Assembly: GCA_934700895.1 (NCBI GenBank)
Contig: CAKUXV010000001.1
Coordinates: 199,733-263,732, forward strand
Reading direction: 5' to 3'
Length of the DNA: 64,000 nt
From: an uncultured Bacilli bacterium
Lineage (GTDB): Bacteria > Bacillota_I > Bacilli_A > RFN20 > CAG-826
Position 1 is the first letter of the stretch. Every line of letters starts with the position of its first letter. The position numbers were made by a program, and so were the translations under genes. The notes below the pieces were generated by a model. It had not been told where the DNA came from, did no database searches, and worked only from the letters and a program-made list of their open reading frames with translations. Below are positions 53,270 through 62,580 of the stretch, in pieces.

Positions 53270-55030
53270 ATGTGGAAGCAAGTTCAGGAAACCTTCATCG
53301 CCTATTGGCCCTATATCGTTTCGTTCTTTTTGCTGCTTGCCGGGACTACGTTAGCCATCGTTACGATTGCCGTTTCTTCTTCGAAGCACAAGAAATTCGT
53401 CGAAGAATTGGAACGCACGATGGATTCGTCGCGCATTTTTATCGTGGATATGCGTTCGCAGATGGTTCGCGATTTCGTTGTGACTGCGCCTCACGCGATT
53501 ACAAACCCTTATCCCCTAGCGGATTTTTATCACCAATTCCCCCAATCGGAGCAAAAGCGAGTCATCCAATGGGTAAACGCCGTCAGCGATCCGGAGACGA
53601 GCGCCCCCGATTATTTAGAAACGGATACCAGCGCAGGCTCCTCCAAAACCAAAACGTATTTCTCAATGCTTCAAGTGGATTCCTTTGATCCCGAACAAGG
53701 CATCCTCCATCTTCGTTCCTATTTGCTGAAGTCGATGGAAACCAATCAAGCGAATAGCCGAAAACCGAAAAATCGCGGCCTTGCCTCCATGAAGCAATAT
53801 CAACTTGGGCTGAAAAACGGTTCCAAGCGAAAAGGAGTCACCCTGGTGTTCCATTTTGCTTACCGCCGCATCCAAGATAAAGACAAACCTTTGAATCCTC
53901 TAATCATGAAGCAAATCCAAAACGCCGTGTCGCCTCTTGTTACTTCGCGTAGAATTATGATGCAAATCGACGGCAATGAATTCATGATTGCCGATTTCCA
54001 TATCCCGGGGATGCCGGATGGCTTGCATCTTGCCAAAGATTGCGTGGATGCCATCCGCCGATACTTAGCCATCAATGGCTATGCGACCAAAATTGATTTC
54101 CGTGTGGCTCTAGTTGAGCACCGTCTCTTCCCGACCAAGGATGATGCGGCGATTCTAGAAGAAGGAAAGCGTTCCGTATCCATCGCCTTCTCCAATCCCA
54201 CGGCGATTTATTTCTATGAAAAGGGAAAAGAATCCTTCCGGAATGACCCAGGAAGCAATGATTCCTACCGCACGGAAGTGGAACGCATCATTCATGACAA
54301 TAAAATCCGCACTAAATTCCGGCCTATTTATTCCGTTCAAGAAGAAAAGGTACTTGGCTATTTGATGAAAAGCGAACCCATCAACACCTATTTCGATTCC
54401 ATGGACGACCTGCATGACTATGCGGCGAGAACCGGCGACGACCACGATTTGTTTGCTACAATCGCCCGTAACTCTGTACCGGTGTTTGTTAACGAAGTCA
54501 AAGACCCCGATTCCCTTCTCTTCTATAACGTTCGTGTGGAAGACCGCGACTTCATGCTCACGGTATTCGCTAGGCTCAAGGCCGCGAAATCCACACACAT
54601 CGTCTTCCTCTTCAAGGAATCGGACATTCGAGCCCATTTCGATTCGAACCATCCCGAAGACATCGTCAGTGACATGAAACAAATCAAAGCCAAGGGCTTC
54701 CAAGTTGGATTATTGCTCGAAGAAGGTGAATTGGGGCTCCCCGCTTCGACCTATAGAGCCTATGATTATTTCGTTTGCAGCTTCCGTTTCGCTGGAATTG
54801 CTACAAATATGGATGCCAAGATCCGTTCCAAACTCCATAGCTTGGTCGAGAAATTGCTTCGCTACAACAAACCGATCATCGCTAGCGACATCGAAGGATG
54901 GGATGCCATTGAAATCATCGTCCGCAGCGGGCTGAAGTACATCTCCAGTGAATTCTTCGCCCCCTACGACCCGATGCTCAACCCGATTCCAAATAAATCG
55001 ATGAAGAAAGTTCGCGACATGAGAAGATAA
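53270..55030 (+). CDS. Membrane-anchored protein with a degenerate EAL-like C-terminal domain
   Basis: N-terminal TM segment (YIVSFFLLLAGTTLAIVTIAV). The C-terminus ...KAKGFQVGLLLEEGELG...YDYFVCSF...PIIASDIEGWDAIEIIVRSGLKYISSEFFAP parallels the EAL layout, but the DDFG, KID, EGVE and QG positions are substituted. An alternative start lies at 53192. Confidence 0.5.
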   Translation: MWKQVQETFIAYWPYIVSFFLLLAGTTLAIVTIAVSSSKHKKFVEELERTMDSSRIFIVDMRSQMVRDFVVTAPHAITNPYPLADFYHQFPQSEQKRVIQWVNAVSDPETSAPDYLETDTSAGSSKTKTYFSMLQVDSFDPEQGILHLRSYLLKSMETNQANSRKPKNRGLASMKQYQLGLKNGSKRKGVTLVFHFAYRRIQDKDKPLNPLIMKQIQNAVSPLVTSRRIMMQIDGNEFMIADFHIPGMPDGLHLAKDCVDAIRRYLAINGYATKIDFRVALVEHRLFPTKDDAAILEEGKRSVSIAFSNPTAIYFYEKGKESFRNDPGSNDSYRTEVERIIHDNKIRTKFRPIYSVQEEKVLGYLMKSEPINTYFDSMDDLHDYAARTGDDHDLFATIARNSVPVFVNEVKDPDSLLFYNVRVEDRDFMLTVFARLKAAKSTHIVFLFKESDIRAHFDSNHPEDIVSDMKQIKAKGFQVGLLLEEGELGLPASTYRAYDYFVCSFRFAGIATNMDAKIRSKLHSLVEKLLRYNKPIIASDIEGWDAIEIIVRSGLKYISSEFFAPYDPMLNPIPNKSMKKVRDMRR

Positions 55031-55047
55031 AAGGAAAGAAAAACAAT

Positions 55048-56487
55048 ATGGGAAAACAAACAATCAAAAACGAAGCCATCACTAGCAGAGACAGCGACTT
55101 TGCTCAGTGGTATACCGACGTTTGCCGCAAAGCGGACTTAATGGATTATAGCTCCGTAAAGGGCTTTATCGATTATTTGCCTTATGGCTATGCCATCTGG
55201 GAACAAATCCAAGCCTTTGCCGACAAGAAATTCAAAGAACATGGTTCGGAAAACGTCTATTTGCCTTGCGTCATCCCCTCTTCTTTGATGGCCAAAGAGA
55301 AAGACCATGTGGAAGGATTTGCTCCGGAATGCTTGGTCGCAACAATCGGCGGCAACAAAGAACTCGACGATCCGCTCATCATCCGCCCGACTTCGGAAAT
55401 CCTTTTCTCCGATATGTATAAGCGTTTGGTTTCGAGCTACCGCGATTTGCCGAAGATTTATAACCAGTGGTGCTCCGTGGTACGTTGGGAGAAGACGACT
55501 CGTCCTTTCCTCCGTGGATCCGAATTCCTTTGGCAAGAAGGCCACTGCTTATTCGAAACGGAAGAAGAAGCCAGAAAGAATACGATGGATATGTTGGAAG
55601 TCTACGACTCCATCGGTCGTGACCTATTGGCTATCCCATTTGTAAAGGGAAGAAAAACCGAGCATGAGAAATTTGCCGGCGCGGTGGAAACCTGGTCCAT
55701 CGAAGCGCTGATGCACGACGGCAAAGCCCTCCAAAGCGGCACCTCCCATTATTTGGGAACGGGATTCGCCGAAGCTTTTGGAATCTCCTATTTGGGGCGC
55801 GACAACAAACTTCACGCCCCCCATCAAACTTCTTGGGGCGTTTCCACCCGTTTAATCGGCGCGGTCATCATGGTGCACGGCGATGATAATGGTCTTGTCC
55901 TGCCTCCTCGCGTCGCCCCGATTCAAGTCGTGATTGTCCCCATCCGTCAACAAACTCCGGGAATTCTAGAAAAGTGCGAAGAAATTCGTCAAAAACTCCT
56001 CAAGCAGGGAGTCCGCGTGAAAGTCGATTCCTCCGACCATACTCCTGGCTGGAAATTCGCCGAATGGGAAATGAAGGGAGTCCCTCTTCGCCTCGAACTC
56101 GGCCCGCGTGACCTCGAAGCGGGGCAAGTTGCGCTTAGCAAACGTTATAATGGCGAAAAACTCGTTGGAAACATCGAAGCCGTTGAAAGTGAAATCCCGG
56201 CCTTGCTAGAAGCCATCCAAGAAGAGATGTATCAAAAGGCCAAAGCCTTCCTCGATACCAAAATCGTGGATGTTGCCAACGTGGAAGAGCTCAAAGCCGC
56301 TCTCGAAAAAGGCGGATATGGCCGCATGGCTTATTGCGGATGCCCCGAATGCGAAGATCAAATCAAGATCATGACCAACGGTGGTACCGCTCGCTGCATC
56401 TATAAATATATAGAAGAAGGGGATGCGGTTTGCCCCGTTTGTGGCAAGAAGTCCAAAATCATCGCTTATTTTGCCAAGGCTTATTGA
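55048..56487 (+). CDS. proS: Prolyl-tRNA synthetase, archaeal/eukaryote-like type with C-terminal Zn-binding domain
   Basis: 479 aa: ...FAQWYTDV... and class II motifs. No INS editing domain. C-terminal CGCPEC...CPVCG. Confidence 0.92.
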   Translation: MGKQTIKNEAITSRDSDFAQWYTDVCRKADLMDYSSVKGFIDYLPYGYAIWEQIQAFADKKFKEHGSENVYLPCVIPSSLMAKEKDHVEGFAPECLVATIGGNKELDDPLIIRPTSEILFSDMYKRLVSSYRDLPKIYNQWCSVVRWEKTTRPFLRGSEFLWQEGHCLFETEEEARKNTMDMLEVYDSIGRDLLAIPFVKGRKTEHEKFAGAVETWSIEALMHDGKALQSGTSHYLGTGFAEAFGISYLGRDNKLHAPHQTSWGVSTRLIGAVIMVHGDDNGLVLPPRVAPIQVVIVPIRQQTPGILEKCEEIRQKLLKQGVRVKVDSSDHTPGWKFAEWEMKGVPLRLELGPRDLEAGQVALSKRYNGEKLVGNIEAVESEIPALLEAIQEEMYQKAKAFLDTKIVDVANVEELKAALEKGGYGRMAYCGCPECEDQIKIMTNGGTARCIYKYIEEGDAVCPVCGKKSKIIAYFAKAY

Positions 56488-56498
56488 GAAAAAGACCC

Positions 56499-56529
56499 GA
56501 AGGACGGCGAAAAATGCCGTCCTTTTTCG
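56499..56529 (+). terminator. Rho-independent terminator after proS
   Basis: AAGGACGGCgaaaaatGCCGTCCTTtttc. Confidence 0.8.
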
Positions 56530-56597
56530 TCTTCTCCCCTAAAAGAGGGAAAAACACTAGCAAGGCCTTGCGTTTTGTTTTATATTATTACCCGCAC

Positions 56598-56691
56598 GGA
56601 GGCGTACCCAAGAGGCCGAAGGGGACGGTTTGCTAAACCGTTAGATCGGGGTTAACCTGGTGCGAGGGTTCGAATCTCTCCGCCTCCGCCA
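56598..56691 (+). tRNA. tRNA-Ser(GCT), class II
   Basis: Acceptor ggaggcg/cgcctcc, anticodon stem acggt/accgt, loop ttGCTaa, T-loop ggttcgaatct, CCA encoded. Confidence 0.88.
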
Positions 56692-56704
56692 CGAAGAATA
56701 TTGA

Positions 56705-56735
56705 AGGCACGCTTGAAATAAGGCGTGCTTTTTTC
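56705..56735 (+). terminator. Rho-independent terminator after tRNA-Ser(GCT)
   Basis: GCACGCttgaaataagGCGTGCtttttt. Confidence 0.8.
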
Positions 56736-57306
56736 ATGGATGACGTCCGAAACAGGCTGGGCACCGCCTCGAAAATCAAGCCCCTATCCTTCCATAATTT
56801 CATTCTTCTAAGGAGAATAGGACGACGGATAACCATTGATTTTCCGCTTCCTTTATGAAAATAAGGGATATGTGTTGGCGGAGCAGTAGGTATACGCAGC
56901 ATGAGAAACAAGTATTTGTCGAATCTCAAAAACTCTACGGGACTTGTTCACCTCTTCGTAATGAAATCCGAAGCAAGAGGCAGACGATCCATCTACAACT
57001 CTTCCACAAGCTTTAAAAGATTTCAATTCAGTTCAATGTAGTGCCTAAATCGTGTCTAACATTAGATTCCTTAAACCGATCATCCTTGTTGATGTAAGGG
57101 GACGGAATCTTTTTTAATTCGTATCGAGGAAATTGACCTGAATTTGCATGTGTTAGCAGCAAATCATCCGCGTGACTAATGGAAGGGGGTCCGTGCTGAA
57201 TGGCAGGATAGAAAACCATGCTTTAAAGGGCCTAAAAAAATACAAAAACAGTACCCTTAAACGCCATTTAACGTTCTTCAAATAAGGACTTTTTATGAAC
57301 GATTCG

Positions 57307-58137
57307 CTATTTTGGGTCTTTGAAATTTGTAACTTGAAAGGGATTTGCCAAAGCGTTTTTCACGCTTTCTTTGGCTATGCGGATTTCTCGTTCTGATAAC
57401 GCTTCGGGGACAAAAGAAATATCGGCAGGATCAAGACCGGTTAAGGTGCAGATGCAGGTTAATCCTACGATGTATCTCCCTAACCCGTAGGTCATGTGGT
57501 CGAAATTATCTCGAGTGAGGCGACCCCCAAGATAAGAAGTGCGTGCATTTTGAACGGCCGTGCCGTTAGGAATAATCAACTCGATATCTTTATTTGGCAA
57601 AACACGGGTCTTAACCGCGTTTAGAATGCTTTGATACATGGTGTTTTGGTCCCGCCCATAGTTTTCAAACCCAGGGTTTAAACTTTTCTGCGCATAGGCC
57701 CAGGTCATGTTAAAGGCGTAACGAACATGGGGGTTGGTCGCGCGCTTCTTTACGTAATCGATTAATAAGGGGAGACGGGCATAACGTTCTGCGAGTCCGC
57801 TATCTCTAGACCCTTGTTGAAAGATAATCCAGTCCCAATCCGCATAGAAAAGCCCTTCGTCGATTTTTCGATTGCCTTCTTCCCCTTCCACGGAGGAAAT
57901 GATTTGGCCATGGCTATCAGAATGACGGAAGACGTAGGGAGAGGAATCTCCATTCAAAAAGTTTAAATGTTCCTCAATCGTGCAACCCCCACGATAGAGG
58001 TTAGCGACTAATACGTTTTCTAATCCTGCGGAAGTGGCGATTTGCCATGCCCATTGGATGGTGTCGTCGGAATAGCTGTTGCCGATAAAAAGGACTTTCA
58101 AACTTTGGGGCTTGCCTGCTGAATTGACTGAATCCAT
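57307..58137 (-). CDS. DUF4886 / SGNH-hydrolase-like protein
   Basis: 276 aa. KVLFIGNSYSDD carries the GNSY(S) block I of SGNH-like esterases. AAGGAG RBS. The family name is from memory. Confidence 0.6.
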   Translation of the reverse strand: MDSVNSAGKPQSLKVLFIGNSYSDDTIQWAWQIATSAGLENVLVANLYRGGCTIEEHLNFLNGDSSPYVFRHSDSHGQIISSVEGEEGNRKIDEGLFYADWDWIIFQQGSRDSGLAERYARLPLLIDYVKKRATNPHVRYAFNMTWAYAQKSLNPGFENYGRDQNTMYQSILNAVKTRVLPNKDIELIIPNGTAVQNARTSYLGGRLTRDNFDHMTYGLGRYIVGLTCICTLTGLDPADISFVPEALSEREIRIAKESVKNALANPFQVTNFKDPK

Positions 58138-58287
58138 ACGAATCTCCTTTCATGGGATTTCTAGATATCTATTACGTTAGATTCCGAATGGGCAAACCGC
58201 AATCCCTCTTACCTCTAAAAACAAGCTTTGGAAATAAAAAGGTTCGAGACCGCGACAAGTCCTTATAGGTCTCCCCTCTTTTTCAAT

Positions 58288-58303
58288 ATGAAAATATTTT
58301 CAT
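58288..58303. promoter_or_regulatory. Perfect 16-bp AT-rich palindrome ATGAAAATATTTTCAT (candidate Fur-family/metalloregulator operator)
   Basis: Read directly. It lies 52 nt upstream of the metal ABC importer start codon. Confidence 0.45.
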
Positions 58304-58354
58304 TAGTATTTTCTTTTTTCTTGGCGTAGCCTAGACCAACGTAAGGAGGAACCG

Positions 58355-59215
58355 ATGAAAAAGAAGTGCTTAACTCTAATGGGATTATTGCTCCCTTTGA
58401 CGGGGTGTTCCTCCGCGGACATAGTTCCCAACGCATTGTATGCATCCGTTTATCCTGCCTACGTTTTAGCCAAAGAAGTGGTGCAGGATTTAATGCCTTT
58501 GAAAATGCTAGCCTCTTTCGGAACGGAGCCTCATGACTATGAACCCAGCGTCCGTCATATTATTGGGTTAACCGAATGCAAAGGCTTATTGCTTCAGGGG
58601 AACTCCCTGGAACCTTGGGCCGACTCCCTTCCCAAAGAAGTGAAAGAAAAAACTTTTGACGTTTCGAAAGATATCAAAACGATGAAGGTGGATGGGGTTA
58701 TAGACCCCCATGTTTGGCTGTCGCCGAAAAACGCGAAGATTGAGTTGACTAATATTTTGGATTCCCTTATCCAAATCGATCCTGCTCACCAGGAAGACTA
58801 TGAAGAAAACGCCAGGATTGCCATCAAGAAAATGGAGGAATTGGATAAGCGGTATGTTTCCGAACTCCAAGGGATGTCCCGCCCCTATTTGGTTGTATCC
58901 CACGCTTCCTTTGGTTATCTTTGTCGCGATTATGGATTAGAACAAATCTATGTTTCAGGACTCTCCCCCGACCAAGAACCAACTGCGAAGGGATTAGAAC
59001 GAATCATCGAAGAAGTTCGTCTCCATCAAATTACGACGATTTTCTACGAAGAATATGTTTCTCCCTCCATCGCGAAAAAAATCGCCGAGGAAACCGGATG
59101 CAAAACCGAAGTGCTTTCTTCTTTAGAAACGATTGAAGAAAGCGAAGACGAGAACCAAACCTATTTCTCGCTGATGGAAGAGAACTTAACTAGAATCAAG
59201 GAGGCCCTACAATGA
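58355..59215 (+). CDS. Metal (Zn/Mn) ABC transporter substrate-binding lipoprotein, TroA/ZnuA family
   Basis: Signal peptide plus lipobox MKKKCLTLMGLLLPLTGCSS, and DPHVWLSP. AAGGAGG RBS. Confidence 0.82.
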   Translation: MKKKCLTLMGLLLPLTGCSSADIVPNALYASVYPAYVLAKEVVQDLMPLKMLASFGTEPHDYEPSVRHIIGLTECKGLLLQGNSLEPWADSLPKEVKEKTFDVSKDIKTMKVDGVIDPHVWLSPKNAKIELTNILDSLIQIDPAHQEDYEENARIAIKKMEELDKRYVSELQGMSRPYLVVSHASFGYLCRDYGLEQIYVSGLSPDQEPTAKGLERIIEEVRLHQITTIFYEEYVSPSIAKKIAEETGCKTEVLSSLETIEESEDENQTYFSLMEENLTRIKEALQ

Positions 59216-59871
59216 TTAAAATGGAGCACGTGGGATTCCACTATGAAGGGACGGAAATCCTTCATGATGTGAACTTTGCCATGAACGATGGGGAATTCGT
59301 TGGAATCCTTGGACCTAACGGTGGGGGCAAGAGCACCTTCCTCCGTTTGGCTTTGGGTTTATTAAAGCCGATTAACGGAACCATCCAAACCCAAGAAAAA
59401 CGGATTTCCTACATCGCTCAAACAACCTCGATTTCCGATGCCTCTTTTCCCGCCAGCGTAGAAGAAGTGGTCTCGCTGGGGTTAGTCGGCCCTCGCCTAG
59501 GCTGGAACTACAAAGAAAACAAAAAGAAGGTTAACGGCACCTTAGAAGAATGGGGCCTTACTCCCTTTAGAAAACGTCTCGTCAATGAGCTAAGCGGAGG
59601 CCAACTTCAGCGTGTTAAAATCGCCAAAGCCGTGATTGGAGATCCTTCGTTGCTTGTTTTGGACGAACCCGATGCCGGGATGGACGATGAAAGCCATCAC
59701 GCCTTGCTAACGATGATCCAAAAACAAAAAGCACGGGGGACGTCCATCCTTTTTGTAAGTCATCACCCCGAGGATTTGCATGAGGCCGATCACGTTTATT
59801 TTATTGAACAAGGTTCTCTGATTGATTATGCGGAAGAACTAGAAAGGGGGCATCATCATGCTAGCTTATAG
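59212..59871 (+). CDS. Metal ABC transporter ATP-binding protein
   Basis: 219 aa with GPNGGGKST, LSGGQLQR and LVLDEP. Confidence 0.85.
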   Translation: MIKMEHVGFHYEGTEILHDVNFAMNDGEFVGILGPNGGGKSTFLRLALGLLKPINGTIQTQEKRISYIAQTTSISDASFPASVEEVVSLGLVGPRLGWNYKENKKKVNGTLEEWGLTPFRKRLVNELSGGQLQRVKIAKAVIGDPSLLVLDEPDAGMDDESHHALLTMIQKQKARGTSILFVSHHPEDLHEADHVYFIEQGSLIDYAEELERGHHHASL

Positions 59872-60679
59872 ATTCATGCGCGTTGCTTTAGTAGCCTGCG
59901 TGCTTCTAGGTATAACGTTGCCGTTGCTTGGCAATACCGCTGTTTTCAAACGCCTTTCTTCGAGCGGGGATGCTTTGGCTCATTCTTCCCTGGCTGGGGT
60001 GGCGATTGGTTTGGCTGCTGGGCTTAGCCCCTTATGGATTTCGATCCTTTGCTGCATTGTTTCTTTCTTCCTCATTGAGTTTTTGCGAAAGAGATTCAAT
60101 AAATATGCCGAAATGGGGGTGGCCGTCGTTCTTTCCGCCGCGGTAGGAATCGCTGGCATCCTCTCTTCCTATTCTTCTGCCTCCAATTTTGATGCTTATT
60201 TATTCGGCTCGTTGCTATTAATTTCGGATACCGAACTTTACTGCATGGTCGCCTTGGCCATTGTCGTCGCGGCTTTCTCCCTTTTATTCTTCCGACAAGG
60301 CTTTGCTTCGATTTATTCTCTTGATGAAGCCAAGGTTTCTAAAATCAAAACGGGCTGGTTAACGTTTGGACAGGATTTATTGCTTTCTATCGCCGTAGCG
60401 ATCGGAGCCAAAATCGTAGGAAGTTTGGTTGTCTCTTCTTTGCTGGTATTGCCCGCGGCGATTGCTCTTCAATTCAAAAAAGGATATCGCTTTACGATGA
60501 TTGCTTCCCTTATCGCCTCGTTAATTTCGATGATTGGCGGTCTTGTTCTTGCTTATTATTGCGATTATAAACCGGGCGCGACGATTGTTTGCTTTGCGGT
60601 TGCCATCCTAATTCTAGTCATGGTAATCAAAGGGATTGTTCTTTTGTGCCGCCGTCTTCGATATAAAAAAGCAGCCTAG
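59858..60679 (+). CDS. Metal ABC transporter permease (ABC-3 family)
   Basis: 273 aa with 7-8 TM segments, translationally coupled to the ATPase gene. Confidence 0.8.
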   Translation: MLAYRFMRVALVACVLLGITLPLLGNTAVFKRLSSSGDALAHSSLAGVAIGLAAGLSPLWISILCCIVSFFLIEFLRKRFNKYAEMGVAVVLSAAVGIAGILSSYSSASNFDAYLFGSLLLISDTELYCMVALAIVVAAFSLLFFRQGFASIYSLDEAKVSKIKTGWLTFGQDLLLSIAVAIGAKIVGSLVVSSLLVLPAAIALQFKKGYRFTMIASLIASLISMIGGLVLAYYCDYKPGATIVCFAVAILILVMVIKGIVLLCRRLRYKKAA

Positions 60680-60706
60680 TTCACCAACCAGACCGCTTAA
60701 GTTTGC

Positions 60707-61717
60707 TTATTCTGCTTGAGAGGCAATCGCGTCAGAGATTTTGCCGAGCAAATTCTCATCCGCGTATCTCGCGGTTTCTAGAATCCCGGAGAACAAGGTG
60801 TCCTTATCGGCTTTGCCGTGGCATTTCACGATGAGCTGGCGGCATCCAAGTAACGGAGCGCAGGCGTTAGAAGCCATGGCAAAAGGTTTCTTGGCTTCCT
60901 TAATTCCTTTGAGTTGGAACAAAACGCCAAACTTGGAGAAGATGTTACGCTTTAAAGCCGCGGTGAAGAGACCTTTAACAAAATAGGCTCCTCCCTCAGT
61001 GGCTTTTAAGAAGACGTTGCCGGCAAATCCGTCTGCGATTACGATGTCACAGATGCCATCTAGCACCTTGTCTCCTTCCACGTTTCCAATGAAGTTCAAG
61101 GATGGGATTGCTTTTAATTTCGCGTATACGTCCTTCGTCAATTCGTTTCCCTTGCCTTCTTCCATGCCAACGCTTAAGAGCCCAATGCGTGGGGAAGCGA
61201 TGCCTAAAACCTTGGCATAAGCATCCGCCATCAAGGCAAACTGGACGAGGTATTCCGGCTTCGAATCCATGTTGGCTCCCGCATCCACAAGACGTACCAT
61301 TTGGCCATTCACTTTGGTGGGGAGCGTCGCGATTAAAGCCGGGCGTTTGACTCCATCAAGACGTTTGGCTTTGAAGATGCCACCCGTTAAAAGCGCGCCG
61401 GTAGGCCCACTAGATACCATGCCGTCGATATCGTCGCGTTTAGCGATTTGATCAAAGGCAACCGCGAGGGAACTATTTGGTTTGGTTTGAAGGAAGGTTG
61501 CGGGATGGTCTTCGTTGGTCACGACGTCTTGAGCATCTACGATTTCAACGCGATTTAAATTCCATTTTTCCTTTTTCGCATAGGCTTCGATGATTTCTTT
61601 TTTGCCCACCAAAACGAAGGAAAGTTCTTTGGAAGCATTATAAGCTTGGGAAACGGCCGCTAGCGGGGCCTCGGGGGCGTTATCGCCACCCATAATATCA
61701 ACGATGATTTTTCTCAT
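60707..61717 (-). CDS. plsX: Phosphate:acyl-ACP acyltransferase PlsX
   Basis: 336 aa: IIVDIMGGDNAPEA.... Confidence 0.92.
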   Translation of the reverse strand: MRKIIVDIMGGDNAPEAPLAAVSQAYNASKELSFVLVGKKEIIEAYAKKEKWNLNRVEIVDAQDVVTNEDHPATFLQTKPNSSLAVAFDQIAKRDDIDGMVSSGPTGALLTGGIFKAKRLDGVKRPALIATLPTKVNGQMVRLVDAGANMDSKPEYLVQFALMADAYAKVLGIASPRIGLLSVGMEEGKGNELTKDVYAKLKAIPSLNFIGNVEGDKVLDGICDIVIADGFAGNVFLKATEGGAYFVKGLFTAALKRNIFSKFGVLFQLKGIKEAKKPFAMASNACAPLLGCRQLIVKCHGKADKDTLFSGILETARYADENLLGKISDAIASQAE

Positions 61718-61730
61718 GAGGCTTATTGTA
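61715..61730 (-). promoter_or_regulatory. -10 TACAAT, 7-nt spacer, ATG; no SD (putative leaderless plsX)
   Basis: Minus strand reads ggtTACAATaagcctcATG. Confidence 0.5.
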
Positions 61731-61834
61731 ACCGCCTAGAGGGGGTGGTGTCCAATTTGAAAAGGGCTTGTCATGGGATAAAACGGCCCCATCTACCTTC
61801 TTTTTTTGGTTTTGCTATAATATGGCAAGTCCTT

Positions 61835-62542
61835 ATGAAGATTGAATCCCTTAATCGTCGGGCCAAAATCATTACAATCGCCTTTCTTTGCTTCTATGAT
61901 ACCCTCTTCCTTTTGTGCGGAATTTGCATTTTGGCCGTGAATCAAACAGCACTTCGCTTCATTTACGGTTCGGGCATTATCCTGTTATGGCTAGGGATTT
62001 CCTTCTATCTCCTGCTCATGCTTGTTGGCTCCAAAAAGGAAGACCCTCTCAAAAAGGGCAAATACGAATGCCTCGCTCGGTTCCTGTTTTTCGGTTCCTT
62101 TGTCCTTTTCGGCGTTTTGATTCTTTGGATGGAACGTTATTTGGATTCCTCCTTCATCAAAATGGATTTTTCCGAAGAAAATACTTCTGCGAATTCGACT
62201 TATTTCTTCTTGGGTCTGATTGCTGGAGTCTTTGGAATCGTGACCCGTTTGCTTAAAGGGAGCCGTAATCCAGAAACTTATGGCAACCACCGTAATGTCA
62301 CCCTTCGCACCATTCCTTTGCTCATCGTTTGGGCCCTTGTCTTCCTTGCTTTCCTCTTTGGACAGATTTATTGCATGGCCTGGACTTCCTCCGTTGGGTA
62401 TTTATGGATCCCCTCCCTTTTGATGTTTGCCACGATTTTATTCGATTACCTCACGTATTCTAAAAACATCAATCGGGCCTACTTTGTCGCGCCGTTCTTC
62501 GCCATCCTTCTTTCCTTTGCTTTGCTTGGCCTATTTTTCTAA
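61835..62542 (+). CDS. Polytopic membrane protein, unknown function
   Basis: About 235 aa from the ATG at 61835, with 6-7 TM segments. TGcTATAAT lies 13 nt upstream. Confidence 0.5.
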   Translation: MKIESLNRRAKIITIAFLCFYDTLFLLCGICILAVNQTALRFIYGSGIILLWLGISFYLLLMLVGSKKEDPLKKGKYECLARFLFFGSFVLFGVLILWMERYLDSSFIKMDFSEENTSANSTYFFLGLIAGVFGIVTRLLKGSRNPETYGNHRNVTLRTIPLLIVWALVFLAFLFGQIYCMAWTSSVGYLWIPSLLMFATILFDYLTYSKNINRAYFVAPFFAILLSFALLGLFF

Positions 62543-62563
62543 CGAAAAAAGATAGAGTTGTGG

Positions 62564-62580
62564 TAGTATCTACGGGCATG
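62564..62580 (+). promoter_or_regulatory. Extended -10 TGgTAGTAT, 8-nt spacer, ATG; no SD (putative leaderless)
   Basis: tTGgTAGTATctacgggcATG. Confidence 0.5.

Noticed and set aside
55031-55047. T-box leader upstream of proS.
   Set aside because: The gap to the upstream gene is only 17 nt, so there is no room for a T-box.
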